A DNA stretch of 64,000 bases from Minisyncoccota bacterium. GTDB lineage: Bacteria > Patescibacteriota > Minisyncoccia > Phycocordibacterales > Phycocordibacteraceae. How positions within the stretch are numbered: the stretch's first letter is position 1; every line of letters begins with the position of its first letter. Under the pieces are notes generated by a model. It saw nothing but the letters and a program-made list of their open reading frames with translations. It was not told the origin of the DNA and ran no database searches. The position numbers were made by a program, and so were the translations under genes. Location of the stretch: positions 523,509-587,508 of the forward strand of contig DASPLI010000001.1 of NCBI GenBank assembly GCA_035627655.1, given 5' to 3'. Below are positions 26,148-36,148 of the stretch, one piece after another.

Positions 26148-28877
26148 ATGGCAATGACCTACGAAGGTCCGGTGCAACCGTTGTCCTCGCCTGAGGAGGA
26201 GCTTGCACATTTGCGCGCACAGATTGAGGCGAAGGAGCGCGAGCTTGCAAGCCTTAAGAAGGAGCGTCCGCGCGAGGATGTGGTTCGGGAACGTATTACA
26301 CGCCACGTGGCGATGCCGGCAGGACATGTGCTCCATCCGGAGTATCAGATGTCGGAACCAGAGGCACGGGAAATTGCCCTCAACCTGGAGCCCGAGAGCG
26401 ACGACGCCACCATGGAGGAGCTCCGCACGCTCATGGATACGCGCGGCATCCATAACGCATTTCAGGTTCTCGACAAGCTCAAGAACCCGCATCTTGAAGA
26501 TGATTTCCATCGCTATCTCGTTGCCTATGTGACCGCCGGCATGCCCATCAAGGGCCTCAATGAGAGCGAGCCGACCTGGAAGGCGCTTCATATGACCCTG
26601 TATGACATTGCGCTTCCAGAAATGGCGAATGACGAGGATCGCAACCGTTCCTTCAAGGAGCTGGTGTCTTCCATGGAGCAGTTTTATGGCGGCATGCGCG
26701 CTGTTGAGGATGCGTATGCGGGAGAGCCGGCTTATTTCTCGATGGAGCTTGCGATTCCTGCGGATAAGCCGCACCTGCGCTTTTATGCAGCCGTTCCAAA
26801 CGGTCGTCGTGATCTGTTTGAAAAACAGGTACTCGCTATTTTCCCGAACGCGGTTATCACGCCCGAACCAAACGACTACAACCTCTTCGTACAGGATGGT
26901 GAATCGGTTGGCTCCGTTGCAAAGCTTGCCAAGCGCCATCCGTATGCACTCAAGGACTATCCCGAGTTTGACTACGATCCGCTGAACTCTCTATTGAATG
27001 CGTTTGCCAAGCTTGAAGCGGAAGGAGAAGGAGCAGCGCTCCAGATCCTCATTCGTCCGAAGGGGGACCAATATCTCTCGCTGTACCGCCGAATGATGAA
27101 GGAGTTGCAAAAGGGGGAACCATCCAAGGAAGTGTTTCAGATGTCAGATGATTTCGCTGCGGAGATGTTCCGAGAGACGAAAGAAATATTCAAAGGAGAG
27201 AAAAAAAAGACGTCCGGTCCAGACCAAATGGCGATTGAGTCCTTGGAGCGAAAGATGTCTTCGCCAGTCGTGGAGACGAATATCCGTCTCGTTGCTTCGT
27301 CTCGTACGCAAGGGCGTGCGCAGCAGATTCTCCACGAGATGGAAGCATCGTTCAACCAGTATGAAAACACCAAGGGAAACCGGTTTGAATTCAAGCGACT
27401 TTCTGGCGGTGCGCTTCGTGGTCTCTTGAAGCAGGTATCTTACCGGCTCTTCTCGCATGACGGCCTGATCCCGCTCTCGCTTCGCGAGCTTACCACCCTG
27501 TATCACTTCCCACCGAAAGGCATTACATCGTCGCCACACTTGAAGCAGTCGCGCTTTACGGCTGGTCCTGCGCCCGTGGACCTTGCTCAAGATGGCATTC
27601 TGCTTGGCACGAACTCGTTCCGCGGCACGGAGACAAAGGTGCATTTCAGTCAGGCAGATCGTGCACGCCACCTCTATGTAATCGGACAGACGGGTACCGG
27701 TAAGACGTCGTTCATGAAGACGCTTATTGAGCAGGACATTAAAAATGGCGAAGGTGTCTGTTTCATTGATCCGCACGGTAACGACATTCTCGACATTCTC
27801 GCTTCTGTCCCGCCTGAGCGATACGACGACGTCATCTACTTTGATCCGGCAAACCTCAGCCGGCCATTCGGTCTCAACATGCTCGAATACGATCCGGCGC
27901 GTCCGGAACAAAAGACGTTCATCGTCAACGAACTGCTTGCTATATTCCGACGCCTCTATGGCGACGTGCCAGAGTCCATGGGTCCTGCGTTCGAGCAGTA
28001 CTTCCGTAACGCAACAATGCTGGTGATGGAGGATCCGGCGTCCGGTTCAACGATGATGGACATTGCGCGTGTGCTCTCCGATGCCATGTTCCGCAATATG
28101 AAGCTTGCGCGCAGCAATAACCCGGTTGTGAATCAGTTCTGGACGAAGATCGCGACCCAGGCTGGCGGCGAAGCTTCGCTTGAAAACATCGTGCCGTACA
28201 TCACCAACAAGTTCGATGACTTCACCGCAAACGACTTCATTCGCCCGATCGTCGGCCAGCAGAATTCCTCGTTCAAGTTCCGAGACATCATGGATCAGCG
28301 AAAGATCCTGCTCGTGAACCTCTCCAAGGGTCGTCTCGGAGAGCGAAACGCAAACCTGCTCGGCCTCGTGCTCGTGGGCAAGATTTTCATGGCAGCACTC
28401 TCACGCGCAGATAATCCAGGCGCGGAATTCCCGCCGTTCTATCTCTATATCGATGAATTCCAGAACATTACGACCGACTCCATTCCCGGCATTCTTTCTG
28501 AGGCGCGTAAATACAAACTCTCGCTCACGATCGCGCATCAGTTCCTCAAGCAGGTGGACGAGAAGATCAAGGATGCGGTATTTGGTAACGTAGGCTCCAT
28601 GGCCGTGTTCCGTGTCGGCGAAGAGGACGCGGAATACTTCGCCAAGCAGTTTGCACCGGTGTTCTCCGCGCTTGATTTCGTGAATATTGAAAACTACAAC
28701 GCGTATCTGAAAATGCTTTCGCGCGGCGTGCCGCAAAAACCATTCAATATTCGCACACTCGCTCCGTCAGTGGGGAATAAGTCGCAGATCGACGACCTGC
28801 GTCAACTCTCGGCACTCACGTATGGTCGAGACCGAGAGACCGTGGAGCAAGAGATTCGCCAGCGCTACCTTACGTAA
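26148..28877 (+). CDS. TraD/TraG/VirD4 (TrwB)-like P-loop ATPase, soluble, with ~450-aa N-terminal extension of unknown function
   Basis: HLYVIGQTGTGKTS Walker A, LYIDEFQNI Walker B, LTIAHQ; no TM helices; N-terminal coiled-coil. Confidence 0.65.
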   Translation: MAMTYEGPVQPLSSPEEELAHLRAQIEAKERELASLKKERPREDVVRERITRHVAMPAGHVLHPEYQMSEPEAREIALNLEPESDDATMEELRTLMDTRGIHNAFQVLDKLKNPHLEDDFHRYLVAYVTAGMPIKGLNESEPTWKALHMTLYDIALPEMANDEDRNRSFKELVSSMEQFYGGMRAVEDAYAGEPAYFSMELAIPADKPHLRFYAAVPNGRRDLFEKQVLAIFPNAVITPEPNDYNLFVQDGESVGSVAKLAKRHPYALKDYPEFDYDPLNSLLNAFAKLEAEGEGAALQILIRPKGDQYLSLYRRMMKELQKGEPSKEVFQMSDDFAAEMFRETKEIFKGEKKKTSGPDQMAIESLERKMSSPVVETNIRLVASSRTQGRAQQILHEMEASFNQYENTKGNRFEFKRLSGGALRGLLKQVSYRLFSHDGLIPLSLRELTTLYHFPPKGITSSPHLKQSRFTAGPAPVDLAQDGILLGTNSFRGTETKVHFSQADRARHLYVIGQTGTGKTSFMKTLIEQDIKNGEGVCFIDPHGNDILDILASVPPERYDDVIYFDPANLSRPFGLNMLEYDPARPEQKTFIVNELLAIFRRLYGDVPESMGPAFEQYFRNATMLVMEDPASGSTMMDIARVLSDAMFRNMKLARSNNPVVNQFWTKIATQAGGEASLENIVPYITNKFDDFTANDFIRPIVGQQNSSFKFRDIMDQRKILLVNLSKGRLGERNANLLGLVLVGKIFMAALSRADNPGAEFPPFYLYIDEFQNITTDSIPGILSEARKYKLSLTIAHQFLKQVDEKIKDAVFGNVGSMAVFRVGEEDAEYFAKQFAPVFSALDFVNIENYNAYLKMLSRGVPQKPFNIRTLAPSVGNKSQIDDLRQLSALTYGRDRETVEQEIRQRYLT

Positions 28878-28881
28878 AAAA

Positions 28882-28904
28882 GCCCCCGCAGTGCGGGGGC
28901 TTTT
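28882..28904. terminator. bidirectional rho-independent terminator (GCCCCCGC-AGT-GCGGGGGC + T4) between convergent genes
   Basis: perfect stem with a flanking A-run and T-run. Confidence 0.7.
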
Positions 28905-28907
28905 CAG

Positions 28908-29420
28908 TTAGTGGCCGTAGTGCGTCGAGAAGAACATGTAGAGATTGTTGAACTCGATGGTGTTCAGCGCTCGATGCGTCTCGCCGGTTCCCGGCGACGT
29001 GCGACTCCACGGTTCTCCGGTCACCATGATGCTGTACGTGTATTCGTCAGATAGAGGACGAACATAGTGCCAGGCATCTGGGTCCGTCATTTCGTACGCC
29101 GAACCAGGTTTCAGATGAAAGGTTGCGGCAATGGGCGGAGGTTCAGATCCTGCGCCGTAACCGACCGCCATCTCATAGTTTCCTTTGAGCACCCGCATGG
29201 CCGATGGCCAGGGGTGTGGATGGAATAGCGCGTCTCGCTTTGAGCACGCATGAATCCGATGCAGATACAGGCGGTACCGATCTTCAAACGGCCGCCAGAG
29301 TCGATCCACGAAGGGCGGATGGTAACGAACCGCAAGGCTCGACCAGGATCCTTTCGGGTCTAGAAGCTCGGGTATGAGCTCTGGCAAGGCCGCCTCTGCA
29401 CGCATAAGAACGTCTAGCAC
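28908..29420 (-). CDS. hypothetical protein
   Basis: 170 aa; His-rich segments (HPHPW); no family recognised. Confidence 0.35.
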   Translation of the reverse strand: MLDVLMRAEAALPELIPELLDPKGSWSSLAVRYHPPFVDRLWRPFEDRYRLYLHRIHACSKRDALFHPHPWPSAMRVLKGNYEMAVGYGAGSEPPPIAATFHLKPGSAYEMTDPDAWHYVRPLSDEYTYSIMVTGEPWSRTSPGTGETHRALNTIEFNNLYMFFSTHYGH

Positions 29421-29460
29421 ATAGATCTCCTGTGGCTATCCGCTTCTCGGTATACCACTC

Positions 29461-29497
29461 TTTTATAAAAAAAGAACTGCCCGTTGCCAGGCAGTTC
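29461..29497 (-). terminator. rho-independent terminator for the Gly-rich gene (GAACTGCC-loop-GGCAGTTC with a T-run on the minus strand)
   Basis: 8-bp stem and rc TTTTTTTATAAAA. Confidence 0.6.
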
Positions 29498-29531
29498 AAG
29501 TTGTTTGGGAGAGGAAGATGCTGGGGAGGGG

Positions 29532-29843
29532 TTATTCGCCCCCGCCCCCGCCGCCCGAATCGCCGCCACCGCCACCACCGGAGTCACCGCCGCCGCTGTA
29601 GCCGCCGCCGTAATCGGACGACGAGCCGCCGCCGCTGTAGTCGCTGCCGCCACCGCCGCTGAAGGACGAATAGTCGGAGCTGACGGTGGAGTCGTGGTCG
29701 TTGCCGGAAAGGGCGCTTGCGACGAGCGCGGCGTCGAGGATCGTGCCGTTGTCGCTCGAGTAGCGATCACCGCCGCGGTGATAATAGGTTTTGCCGCCAC
29801 GCCGGATGCTTTTCGGTTTGCGCTTATCTTTCAAACGAGACAT
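29532..29843 (-). CDS. glycine/serine/tyrosine-rich low-complexity protein with basic N-terminus
   Basis: SDYSGGG-type repeats x4 and poly-G; AGGAGA RBS 5 nt upstream; own terminator. Confidence 0.45.
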   Translation of the reverse strand: MSRLKDKRKPKSIRRGGKTYYHRGGDRYSSDNGTILDAALVASALSGNDHDSTVSSDYSSFSGGGGSDYSGGGSSSDYGGGYSGGGDSGGGGGGDSGGGGGGE

Positions 29844-29976
29844 TCGTTTCTCCTGTGTTAAACAACTGGGTCTGAAAACCCGGATCCTTATAGCACATAT
29901 GATCTATAGAGTCAATAGACGGGTCGTTGTCCCCGGTTGTTGCTATACGCGGGGTAACCGTTGCTATACTTGCGGC

Positions 29977-30453
29977 ATGACTACCAATACGACTGTTACC
30001 CCGACGGGCATTGCAATCGCGATAGCGGTTGTTGTCGCCCTTGGATTCTTGTTCTTTGGAAGTGGCGTCTTCAGTTTCTTTTCAGGAGCTGGCACGGATA
30101 CTCCGTTTACTACTAGCGAAACTGAAACTGCACTTATGATCACTGATACCACGGTTGGAACAGGCGTTGAGGCAGCGGCTGGCTCACGCGTTACCGTCAA
30201 TTACGTCGGTATGTTTGAAAACGGACAGGTCTTCGACACGTCTGCAAACCGCGGCCCGTTCTCCTTCGTTCTTGGCGCAGGAGAGGTGATTCCTGGTTGG
30301 GATCAGGGCCTTATCGGTATGAAAGAGGGTGGCGTTCGCCGTCTCGTCATTCCGTCTGATCTTGCCTATGGAGATGCGGGTTATGGGCCGATTCCTGGCG
30401 GCGCGACACTCATCTTCGACGTTGAGCTCGTTGATGTAGAAGAGGTGCAATAA
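29977..30453 (+). CDS. FKBP-type peptidyl-prolyl cis-trans isomerase with N-terminal membrane anchor
   Basis: VTVNYVGMFENGQVFDTS...GWDQGLIGMKEGGVRRLVIPSDLAYG FKBP domain. Confidence 0.85.
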   Translation: MTTNTTVTPTGIAIAIAVVVALGFLFFGSGVFSFFSGAGTDTPFTTSETETALMITDTTVGTGVEAAAGSRVTVNYVGMFENGQVFDTSANRGPFSFVLGAGEVIPGWDQGLIGMKEGGVRRLVIPSDLAYGDAGYGPIPGGATLIFDVELVDVEEVQ

Positions 30454-30497
30454 GAAGACGCCTTGCGCGAACTGGCTCCCCTCGCTACGGTAGAGCG

Positions 30498-31712
30498 ATG
30501 GGGGCCATTTCGTTTTCTCTTGAAAAGCGCGACGGACGGGCGCGGACCGGCGTGCTCACTACGCCGCACGGCACTATTGAGACGCCAGCATTTGTGCCGG
30601 TGGGCACTAAGGCAAACGTCAAAGGTGTGCTTCCAGGCATGCTCAAGAACCTGGGCGCACAGGTCGTGCTTGCCAATACGTACCACCTCTACCTGCAGCC
30701 GGGAGAGAAGATTGTAGAAGCTGCCGGTGGACTCGGGAAGTTTATGGACTGGAGTGGACCGACCATGACGGATTCTGGCGGATTCCAGGTCTTTTCTCTC
30801 GGCGCTGCGTTTGGTCGAACAATCACGAAAATTGCGAAAGGCGAGGAGGCGCCACGCGAGCATGGTGTTTCAGTCTTCGATGAAGACGTGGCAAGCCAGC
30901 ACGGACAGCTTGCGGTTATCGACGACGAGGGCGTGACCTTTACCTCGCACCTTGATGGTTCACTGCATCGTTTTACACCGGAGCGCTCGATTGAAATCCA
31001 GCACGCGCTTGGCGCAGACATGTTTTTCGCGTTTGACGAATGCACTGCGCCGACCGAGTCATACGAGTATCAGAAAGAAGCAATGCATCGCACGCATCGT
31101 TGGGCAGACCGATCCCTCAAAGCGCATCGTCGCAATTTGAAAGCGAATAAGGAGCAGGGAATCTTCGGTATTGTGCAGGGCGGCCGGCACGAAGATTTGC
31201 GCCAAGAGTCCGCACGCGAAATTGCCTCCATGGACTTTGATGGTTTTGGTATCGGCGGCTCATTCAGCAAAGAAGACATGCAAGGAGCACTCCAGGCAGC
31301 GATTCCAGAGTTGCCGGAAGAGAAGCCGCGGCACTTCCTGGGGATTGGTGAGCCGGGAGATCTCTTGCTTGGCATTCAAGAAGGCATGGACCTCTTTGAC
31401 TGTGTTGCTGCCACAAGAATCGCGCGACACGGCTCTATCTACACCAGGCGAGGCATTCTGCATTTGCGAAACGAGCAGTATCGCACCGATATGAGCCCGC
31501 TTGATCCGGAAACGGTCGTTCCTGGTACAGAAGGATTTTCACGTGCATACGTTTCGCACTTGCTTCGTTCTGGCGAAATACTCGGCGCAACCATCGCATC
31601 CATGCATAATCTCGGGTTTATCTTGCAGCTCGTTGATGGTGCACGAGCAGCGCTCCGGGAAGGACGGTTTGCCGCATACCGAGAAGATTTTTGCCGGGAT
31701 TACTACGCATAG
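30498..31712 (+). CDS. tgt: queuine tRNA-ribosyltransferase
   Basis: RTGVLTTPHGTIETPAFVPVGT, YHLYLQPG and DCVAATR motifs. Confidence 0.9.
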   Translation: MGAISFSLEKRDGRARTGVLTTPHGTIETPAFVPVGTKANVKGVLPGMLKNLGAQVVLANTYHLYLQPGEKIVEAAGGLGKFMDWSGPTMTDSGGFQVFSLGAAFGRTITKIAKGEEAPREHGVSVFDEDVASQHGQLAVIDDEGVTFTSHLDGSLHRFTPERSIEIQHALGADMFFAFDECTAPTESYEYQKEAMHRTHRWADRSLKAHRRNLKANKEQGIFGIVQGGRHEDLRQESAREIASMDFDGFGIGGSFSKEDMQGALQAAIPELPEEKPRHFLGIGEPGDLLLGIQEGMDLFDCVAATRIARHGSIYTRRGILHLRNEQYRTDMSPLDPETVVPGTEGFSRAYVSHLLRSGEILGATIASMHNLGFILQLVDGARAALREGRFAAYREDFCRDYYA

Positions 31713-31766
31713 ATTGACGAACGGTAACTCGAGGAGCATAGTCTCCGCCAGGAAAGGAGGTGTAAT

Positions 31767-32027
31767 GTGAACATATTTGAGCTCCTGCTTGCTGCTATCT
31801 TCATCTCATCGCTGGCGATGGTGGTATGCAGTACGCGTGTTGTTTCGATCGAGTCGCAGCTTCCGTATGTTGCGGAGCGGTGCGATGCAAGTCCGGATGC
31901 ACGGGTGTTGCGCGAGAATCTCTTGCGTGCTCGCGCTCGCTGGAAGCTTATCTGCATCTGCGTCGGATTCCTCAATATCGGCGCGCTTGTTTCGACGATG
32001 TTCTACCTGCTCACGCACACGAGCTAA
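31767..32027 (+). CDS. small hydrophobic hypothetical protein
   Basis: 86 aa with two hydrophobic segments. Confidence 0.3.
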   Translation: MNIFELLLAAIFISSLAMVVCSTRVVSIESQLPYVAERCDASPDARVLRENLLRARARWKLICICVGFLNIGALVSTMFYLLTHTS

Positions 32028-32037
32028 GAATGCAAAA

Positions 32038-32058
32038 GGGCCCCCAATATGGGGGCCC
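32038..32058. terminator. bidirectional terminator hairpin GGGCCCCC-AATAT-GGGGGCCC
   Basis: perfect 8-bp GC stem between convergent genes; T-run on the minus side. Confidence 0.65.
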
Positions 32059-32064
32059 TGATGT

Positions 32065-32451
32065 TTATGTGACAATGGCGTCTCTTGCCGATTTTGCTAC
32101 TGCAAAGGGCTTGGGGCTGACGCCGGTCGCACGCATCTCTTTAACGACTTCATCGAAGCCTTCTTCGAATCTGCGTAGGAGGCGCTTGCGTTTGCAGATA
32201 TCTTGCTCAGCAAACGCAAGGCCGACCAGATCGAGCACGCTCGAGAACAGTTCGTCTCGGGTTTGCTCAATGCGCTCGATGGATTCGCGCACCTTGCCAA
32301 CCTTATACGCATCCATGATGTCCTGGATCCATCGCGGCCGCTCGCTCTCTGAGGCGCATGCGGCGACGAAGTAGCGCAGGTTGGGTAATGTTCGAAACAG
32401 GCGCCGGTACTCACTGAGGAGTTCCTTGGCACGAGTCGCGGTCTTTTTCAT
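32065..32451 (-). CDS. hypothetical protein
   Basis: start MKKTATRAKE with AAAGGAG RBS; 128 aa. Confidence 0.4.
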   Translation of the reverse strand: MKKTATRAKELLSEYRRLFRTLPNLRYFVAACASESERPRWIQDIMDAYKVGKVRESIERIEQTRDELFSSVLDLVGLAFAEQDICKRKRLLRRFEEGFDEVVKEMRATGVSPKPFAVAKSARDAIVT

Positions 32452-32497
32452 CGTGTACTCCTTTCTCTGTAGAAAATATGACCATAGATGGTCTGTA

Positions 32498-32526
32498 TTG
32501 ACAAGTATTGAAAGCTTTCGTACTAT
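32498..32526 (+). promoter_or_regulatory. sigma70-like promoter TTGACA-N17-TACTAT in the divergent intergenic region
   Basis: consensus -35, 17-nt spacer, near-consensus -10; ACCAT-AG-ATGGT inverted repeat just upstream. Confidence 0.55.
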
Positions 32527-32570
32527 CCCGATCCCGCATCTGTCGCGGATGTACAACAAAAGGATCACCA

Positions 32571-32846
32571 ATGTCTCCACAGTCGATCGGTCAGCTGATC
32601 GCGATCACGTCCTGCTTCACGCTCGAGCAAATCGAGCGCTTGCGGCCGGAATTCGGGCAGCGTCTGCGTGCCGTATATGAGAAGGACGACGAAGACGATT
32701 TCATCGATCTTCCGACCTTCCTGCAGGATATTGCGGACACCTGTGAGCAGCTCATCGAGATCTCGCGCGACTACACGCGCGACATCGCTTGGCTGCATGA
32801 TCAGCTGGTGCGGATTGCGGCGGAAGCCGAATCCTTCGGACGATAG
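32571..32846 (+). CDS. hypothetical protein
   Basis: 91 aa from MSPQSIGQ; RBS AAAGGA. Confidence 0.4.
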   Translation: MSPQSIGQLIAITSCFTLEQIERLRPEFGQRLRAVYEKDDEDDFIDLPTFLQDIADTCEQLIEISRDYTRDIAWLHDQLVRIAAEAESFGR

Positions 32847-32954
32847 GAGCGTTGGTGTGGTGGGTGGGGACAAGCTGCGGCTTGTCCCCGAAACCCATCT
32901 TTGGATAACAAAAAGGGGTCCCGTGTGGGGACCCCTTTCGTTTTTAATGACGCG

Positions 32955-33959
32955 TTAGGCACGCATCGAAGTGATGAACGTTTGGACCGTGTCCATGTTG
33001 CTCGCCAGCCAGCTGCCGCCATAGACGGCGCCGATGCCAAGTCCAACAGTGATGACGCCGTACGCGATCGCGCTCTTGGGCGAGATCTCGTAGATCTTCT
33101 CGACAATGTAGAGGAGCGAGAAGATCGCCGCGATATAGAGCAGCGTTCCTTCGTTGGCCATGACGCCAGCGTAGAGACCGCCGCCAAAAACCGCGATGGC
33201 GAAGACTTGGCGCAAGGCGTAGTGCATGGAGCGCTTTCCGTCGTTCCCGTACCAGCGACTTGCGATGATCAGCATGCCCACGCCCGCGCACAGCGTACCC
33301 ATCCAGAATGCGCCAGATTCGAAGACCTGGAGCACGGGGACGGAGACGTTGTACACCTGGAGCGTCGCGAACGTTCCTGCAAGCAGGATCGACGCGACGG
33401 TTGCCGCCGGAATCTTGTCCTCGCTGTCCCAGCCGATGGCATAGGATAATCCGCCGCCGATGGCCGAGAAGCCAAGCAGGTGGAGGAAGGCGAGAACGGC
33501 CAAAAAGCCGATCGACACGCTCGTGAGCGTCATCGCGAGAATGCCCCAGACGATCAACAAGATCGCCGAGTACACCCACGCCGGGCCGTCGCTGTCTCCA
33601 AGCAGTGCAAGCAGCGCCGGCGCGAAGATGACCGCGCCAATGAAGCTTGCGACTGCGCCGGGGAACAGGTTCGTTGCCCAGTCAGGCGCCAGGAAGCCGT
33701 AAGCAACCAGGAGACCGCTGAGGACGAGACCGATGAAGCCAAGCATCTGCTTCGACCAGTCAAGGGCGAAGAGACGGCTCAAGAGAACGCCGGTGCCGCC
33801 CAAAATGAGGACGCCGCCGAGGAACCAGAGGACCCCCGGACCGTCGACATAGCCGACCAGCTGTTGGGCTGGCGACAATTCGGGGCAGACCGTATCAGCA
33901 AAAGCGAGACTGGGGGCGAAAACCCCAAGCATCGCTAAGAAGGCAAATAACCTTCCCAT
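32955..33959 (-). CDS. polytopic membrane protein with signal peptide
   Basis: Signal peptide LAFADT, then about 10 hydrophobic helices. Confidence 0.45.
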   Translation of the reverse strand: MGRLFAFLAMLGVFAPSLAFADTVCPELSPAQQLVGYVDGPGVLWFLGGVLILGGTGVLLSRLFALDWSKQMLGFIGLVLSGLLVAYGFLAPDWATNLFPGAVASFIGAVIFAPALLALLGDSDGPAWVYSAILLIVWGILAMTLTSVSIGFLAVLAFLHLLGFSAIGGGLSYAIGWDSEDKIPAATVASILLAGTFATLQVYNVSVPVLQVFESGAFWMGTLCAGVGMLIIASRWYGNDGKRSMHYALRQVFAIAVFGGGLYAGVMANEGTLLYIAAIFSLLYIVEKIYEISPKSAIAYGVITVGLGIGAVYGGSWLASNMDTVQTFITSMRA

Positions 33960-34069
33960 ATCGTTCCTTTCACTCAAAAGAACTTCCGTGTGTGGAAGCC
34001 GGGGAATATGAAGCCATATATACAGTGAATAGTCAAGGAATGGGATCATGCATTTGCTATACTCCGCAC

Positions 34070-36133
34070 ATGGCGAATTTCAAGCTCCATGTGCCGTTCC
34101 CGCCGGCAGGCGATCAGCCAGAAGCAATCAAGAAACTGACCGAAGGCCTCAAGCAGGGTCTGCGGCATCAGACGCTACTTGGAGCGACCGGTACTGGTAA
34201 GACATATACGGCAGCTAACGTCATTGCGGCGTTTGATAAGCCAACCTTGGTTTTAGCGCACAACAAGACCTTGGCCGCACAGCTTGCGCAGGAGTACCGG
34301 GAGTTTTTCCCGGAGAACGCGGTGCATTATTTCGTTTCCTACTACGACTACTATCAGCCGGAGGCATATATCGCGCATTCGGATACCTATATTGAAAAGG
34401 AGGCCCAGATCAACGCGGAGATTGATCGGTTGCGGCATGCAGCAACCCAGGCGCTTCTTACCCGTCGCGACGTTATTATTGTTGCTTCCGTCTCTGCCAT
34501 TTACGGTCTTGGTTCTCCTGAGCAGTACGAGAAGGTGCATGTAAAGCTTCTCAAAGGTGGGAAAGAGGATCGAGCGTCGCTTATCCGTCGTTTGATCAGC
34601 ATCTACTTTGAGCGTACGAATGCCGATCTTGAGCCAGGCAAGATTCGTGCGGTGGGGAACGCGATTGAATTCATGCCGGTCAACGAGCGATCCATCTACC
34701 GCGTTCGTTTTGATGGGGAAGTTATTGCTTCGATTGAGTGCTTGGATCCGGTGTCGCGCGCGCTCACAAAGGAAGTCGATTCAGCATTCATCTTCCCTGC
34801 CAAACACTTCGTAACAAGCGAGGACGAACGCAATCGCGCCCTAGAAGATATTCGCGCCGAGCTCGACGAGCAGCTAGAGAAATTCAAACGGGAGGAGAAG
34901 TTGCTTGAAGCGGAACGCATCAAGCGCCGCACACTCCATGACATCGCGCTGATCCGAGAACTCGGCTACACCTCAGGCATTGAAAACTACTCGCGTCACT
35001 TTGATGGTCGTTCTCCGGGACAGCCGCCGCACACGCTCCTTTCGTATTTTCCGCATAAGCGCGATGGGTCGGCCGATTTCCTTACGGTGATCGATGAGTC
35101 GCACGTCACGGTGCCACAGATTGGCGGCATGTATGCCGGAGATCGCTCTCGCAAAGACACGCTTATTGAGCATGGCTTCCGGCTGCCGTCTGCGCGCGAT
35201 AACCGTCCGCTTACCTTCGAAGAATTTGAAGCGCGCGTGGACCAGGTGATCTACACCTCAGCAACGCCCGGTCCGTACGAGAAAGAACATAGTGTTCCGC
35301 CAGGCGGTCAGGTGGTCGAGCAGATCATTCGCCCGACGGGTCTTGTGGATCCTGAGCTTGTCGTGCGCCCCATTGCGCAAGCAGGCGAATACATCGGACA
35401 GGTAGCAGACTTTATCGCAGAGACAGAAATGGTGATTGAGCGTGGTGGTCGCGCAATCGCAACTACGCTCACGAAGCAGATGGCGGAAGATCTTGCAGAT
35501 TTCCTCAAAGAACGGAAGATCAAAGCGGAATACCTCCATTCGGACATCAAGACGATTGAACGTATTGAGATTCTGACCGCGTTTCGTAAGGGTGAGTTCG
35601 ATATCTTGGTCGGCGTGAACCTGCTTCGCGAAGGACTCGACCTTCCTGAGGTTGAGCTCGTAGGCATTCTGGACGCCGATAAAGAAGGCTTCCTGCGTTC
35701 AGAAACATCGCTTATTCAGACGATAGGGCGCGCAGCACGCAACGTGCTTGGGCGCGTGATTCTTTATGCGGACGTCATGACCGGGTCGCTTGAGCGCGCA
35801 ATTTCAGAGACAAATCGTCGACGCGCGATCCAGCTTGCCTATAACGAGAAGCACGGCATTACGCCAGAGACAATCCGCAAAGAAATCAAGGACATTGCCG
35901 CGTCGATGCGTACCGAGCATCAGAAGACGGTAGACGAGCTACTTATGCTTGATGCGCGCCTGTATAAGGAAGATCCGAAAGAGTTCATCAAACAAAAGCG
36001 ACAGCAGATGGCAGAAGCGGTCGAGGCGCTCGACTTTGAAACAGCTGCACTCATCCGCGATGAGATTTACGCGCTTGAGGGAAACGGACCGGCTAAAAAA
36101 CCGAAGCGCACGCGAAAACCCCTCAAGGGGTAG
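34070..36133 (+). CDS. uvrB: excinuclease ABC subunit B
   Basis: GATGTGKT Walker A, DESH, helicase motifs, C-terminal UVR domain; TATACT 6 nt upstream of the ATG. Confidence 0.9.
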   Translation: MANFKLHVPFPPAGDQPEAIKKLTEGLKQGLRHQTLLGATGTGKTYTAANVIAAFDKPTLVLAHNKTLAAQLAQEYREFFPENAVHYFVSYYDYYQPEAYIAHSDTYIEKEAQINAEIDRLRHAATQALLTRRDVIIVASVSAIYGLGSPEQYEKVHVKLLKGGKEDRASLIRRLISIYFERTNADLEPGKIRAVGNAIEFMPVNERSIYRVRFDGEVIASIECLDPVSRALTKEVDSAFIFPAKHFVTSEDERNRALEDIRAELDEQLEKFKREEKLLEAERIKRRTLHDIALIRELGYTSGIENYSRHFDGRSPGQPPHTLLSYFPHKRDGSADFLTVIDESHVTVPQIGGMYAGDRSRKDTLIEHGFRLPSARDNRPLTFEEFEARVDQVIYTSATPGPYEKEHSVPPGGQVVEQIIRPTGLVDPELVVRPIAQAGEYIGQVADFIAETEMVIERGGRAIATTLTKQMAEDLADFLKERKIKAEYLHSDIKTIERIEILTAFRKGEFDILVGVNLLREGLDLPEVELVGILDADKEGFLRSETSLIQTIGRAARNVLGRVILYADVMTGSLERAISETNRRRAIQLAYNEKHGITPETIRKEIKDIAASMRTEHQKTVDELLMLDARLYKEDPKEFIKQKRQQMAEAVEALDFETAALIRDEIYALEGNGPAKKPKRTRKPLKG

Positions 36134-36148
36134 GGTATACTGAAGCGC

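Noticed and set aside
29414-29861. Ala/Arg-rich ORFs on both strands overlapping the Gly-rich gene; GGC/GCC triplet runs that could be mistaken for a repeat array
   Set aside because: These are mirror frames of the same GC-rich triplet repeat, and only the minus Gly-rich frame has an RBS and terminator. The repeats are not spaced like a CRISPR array.
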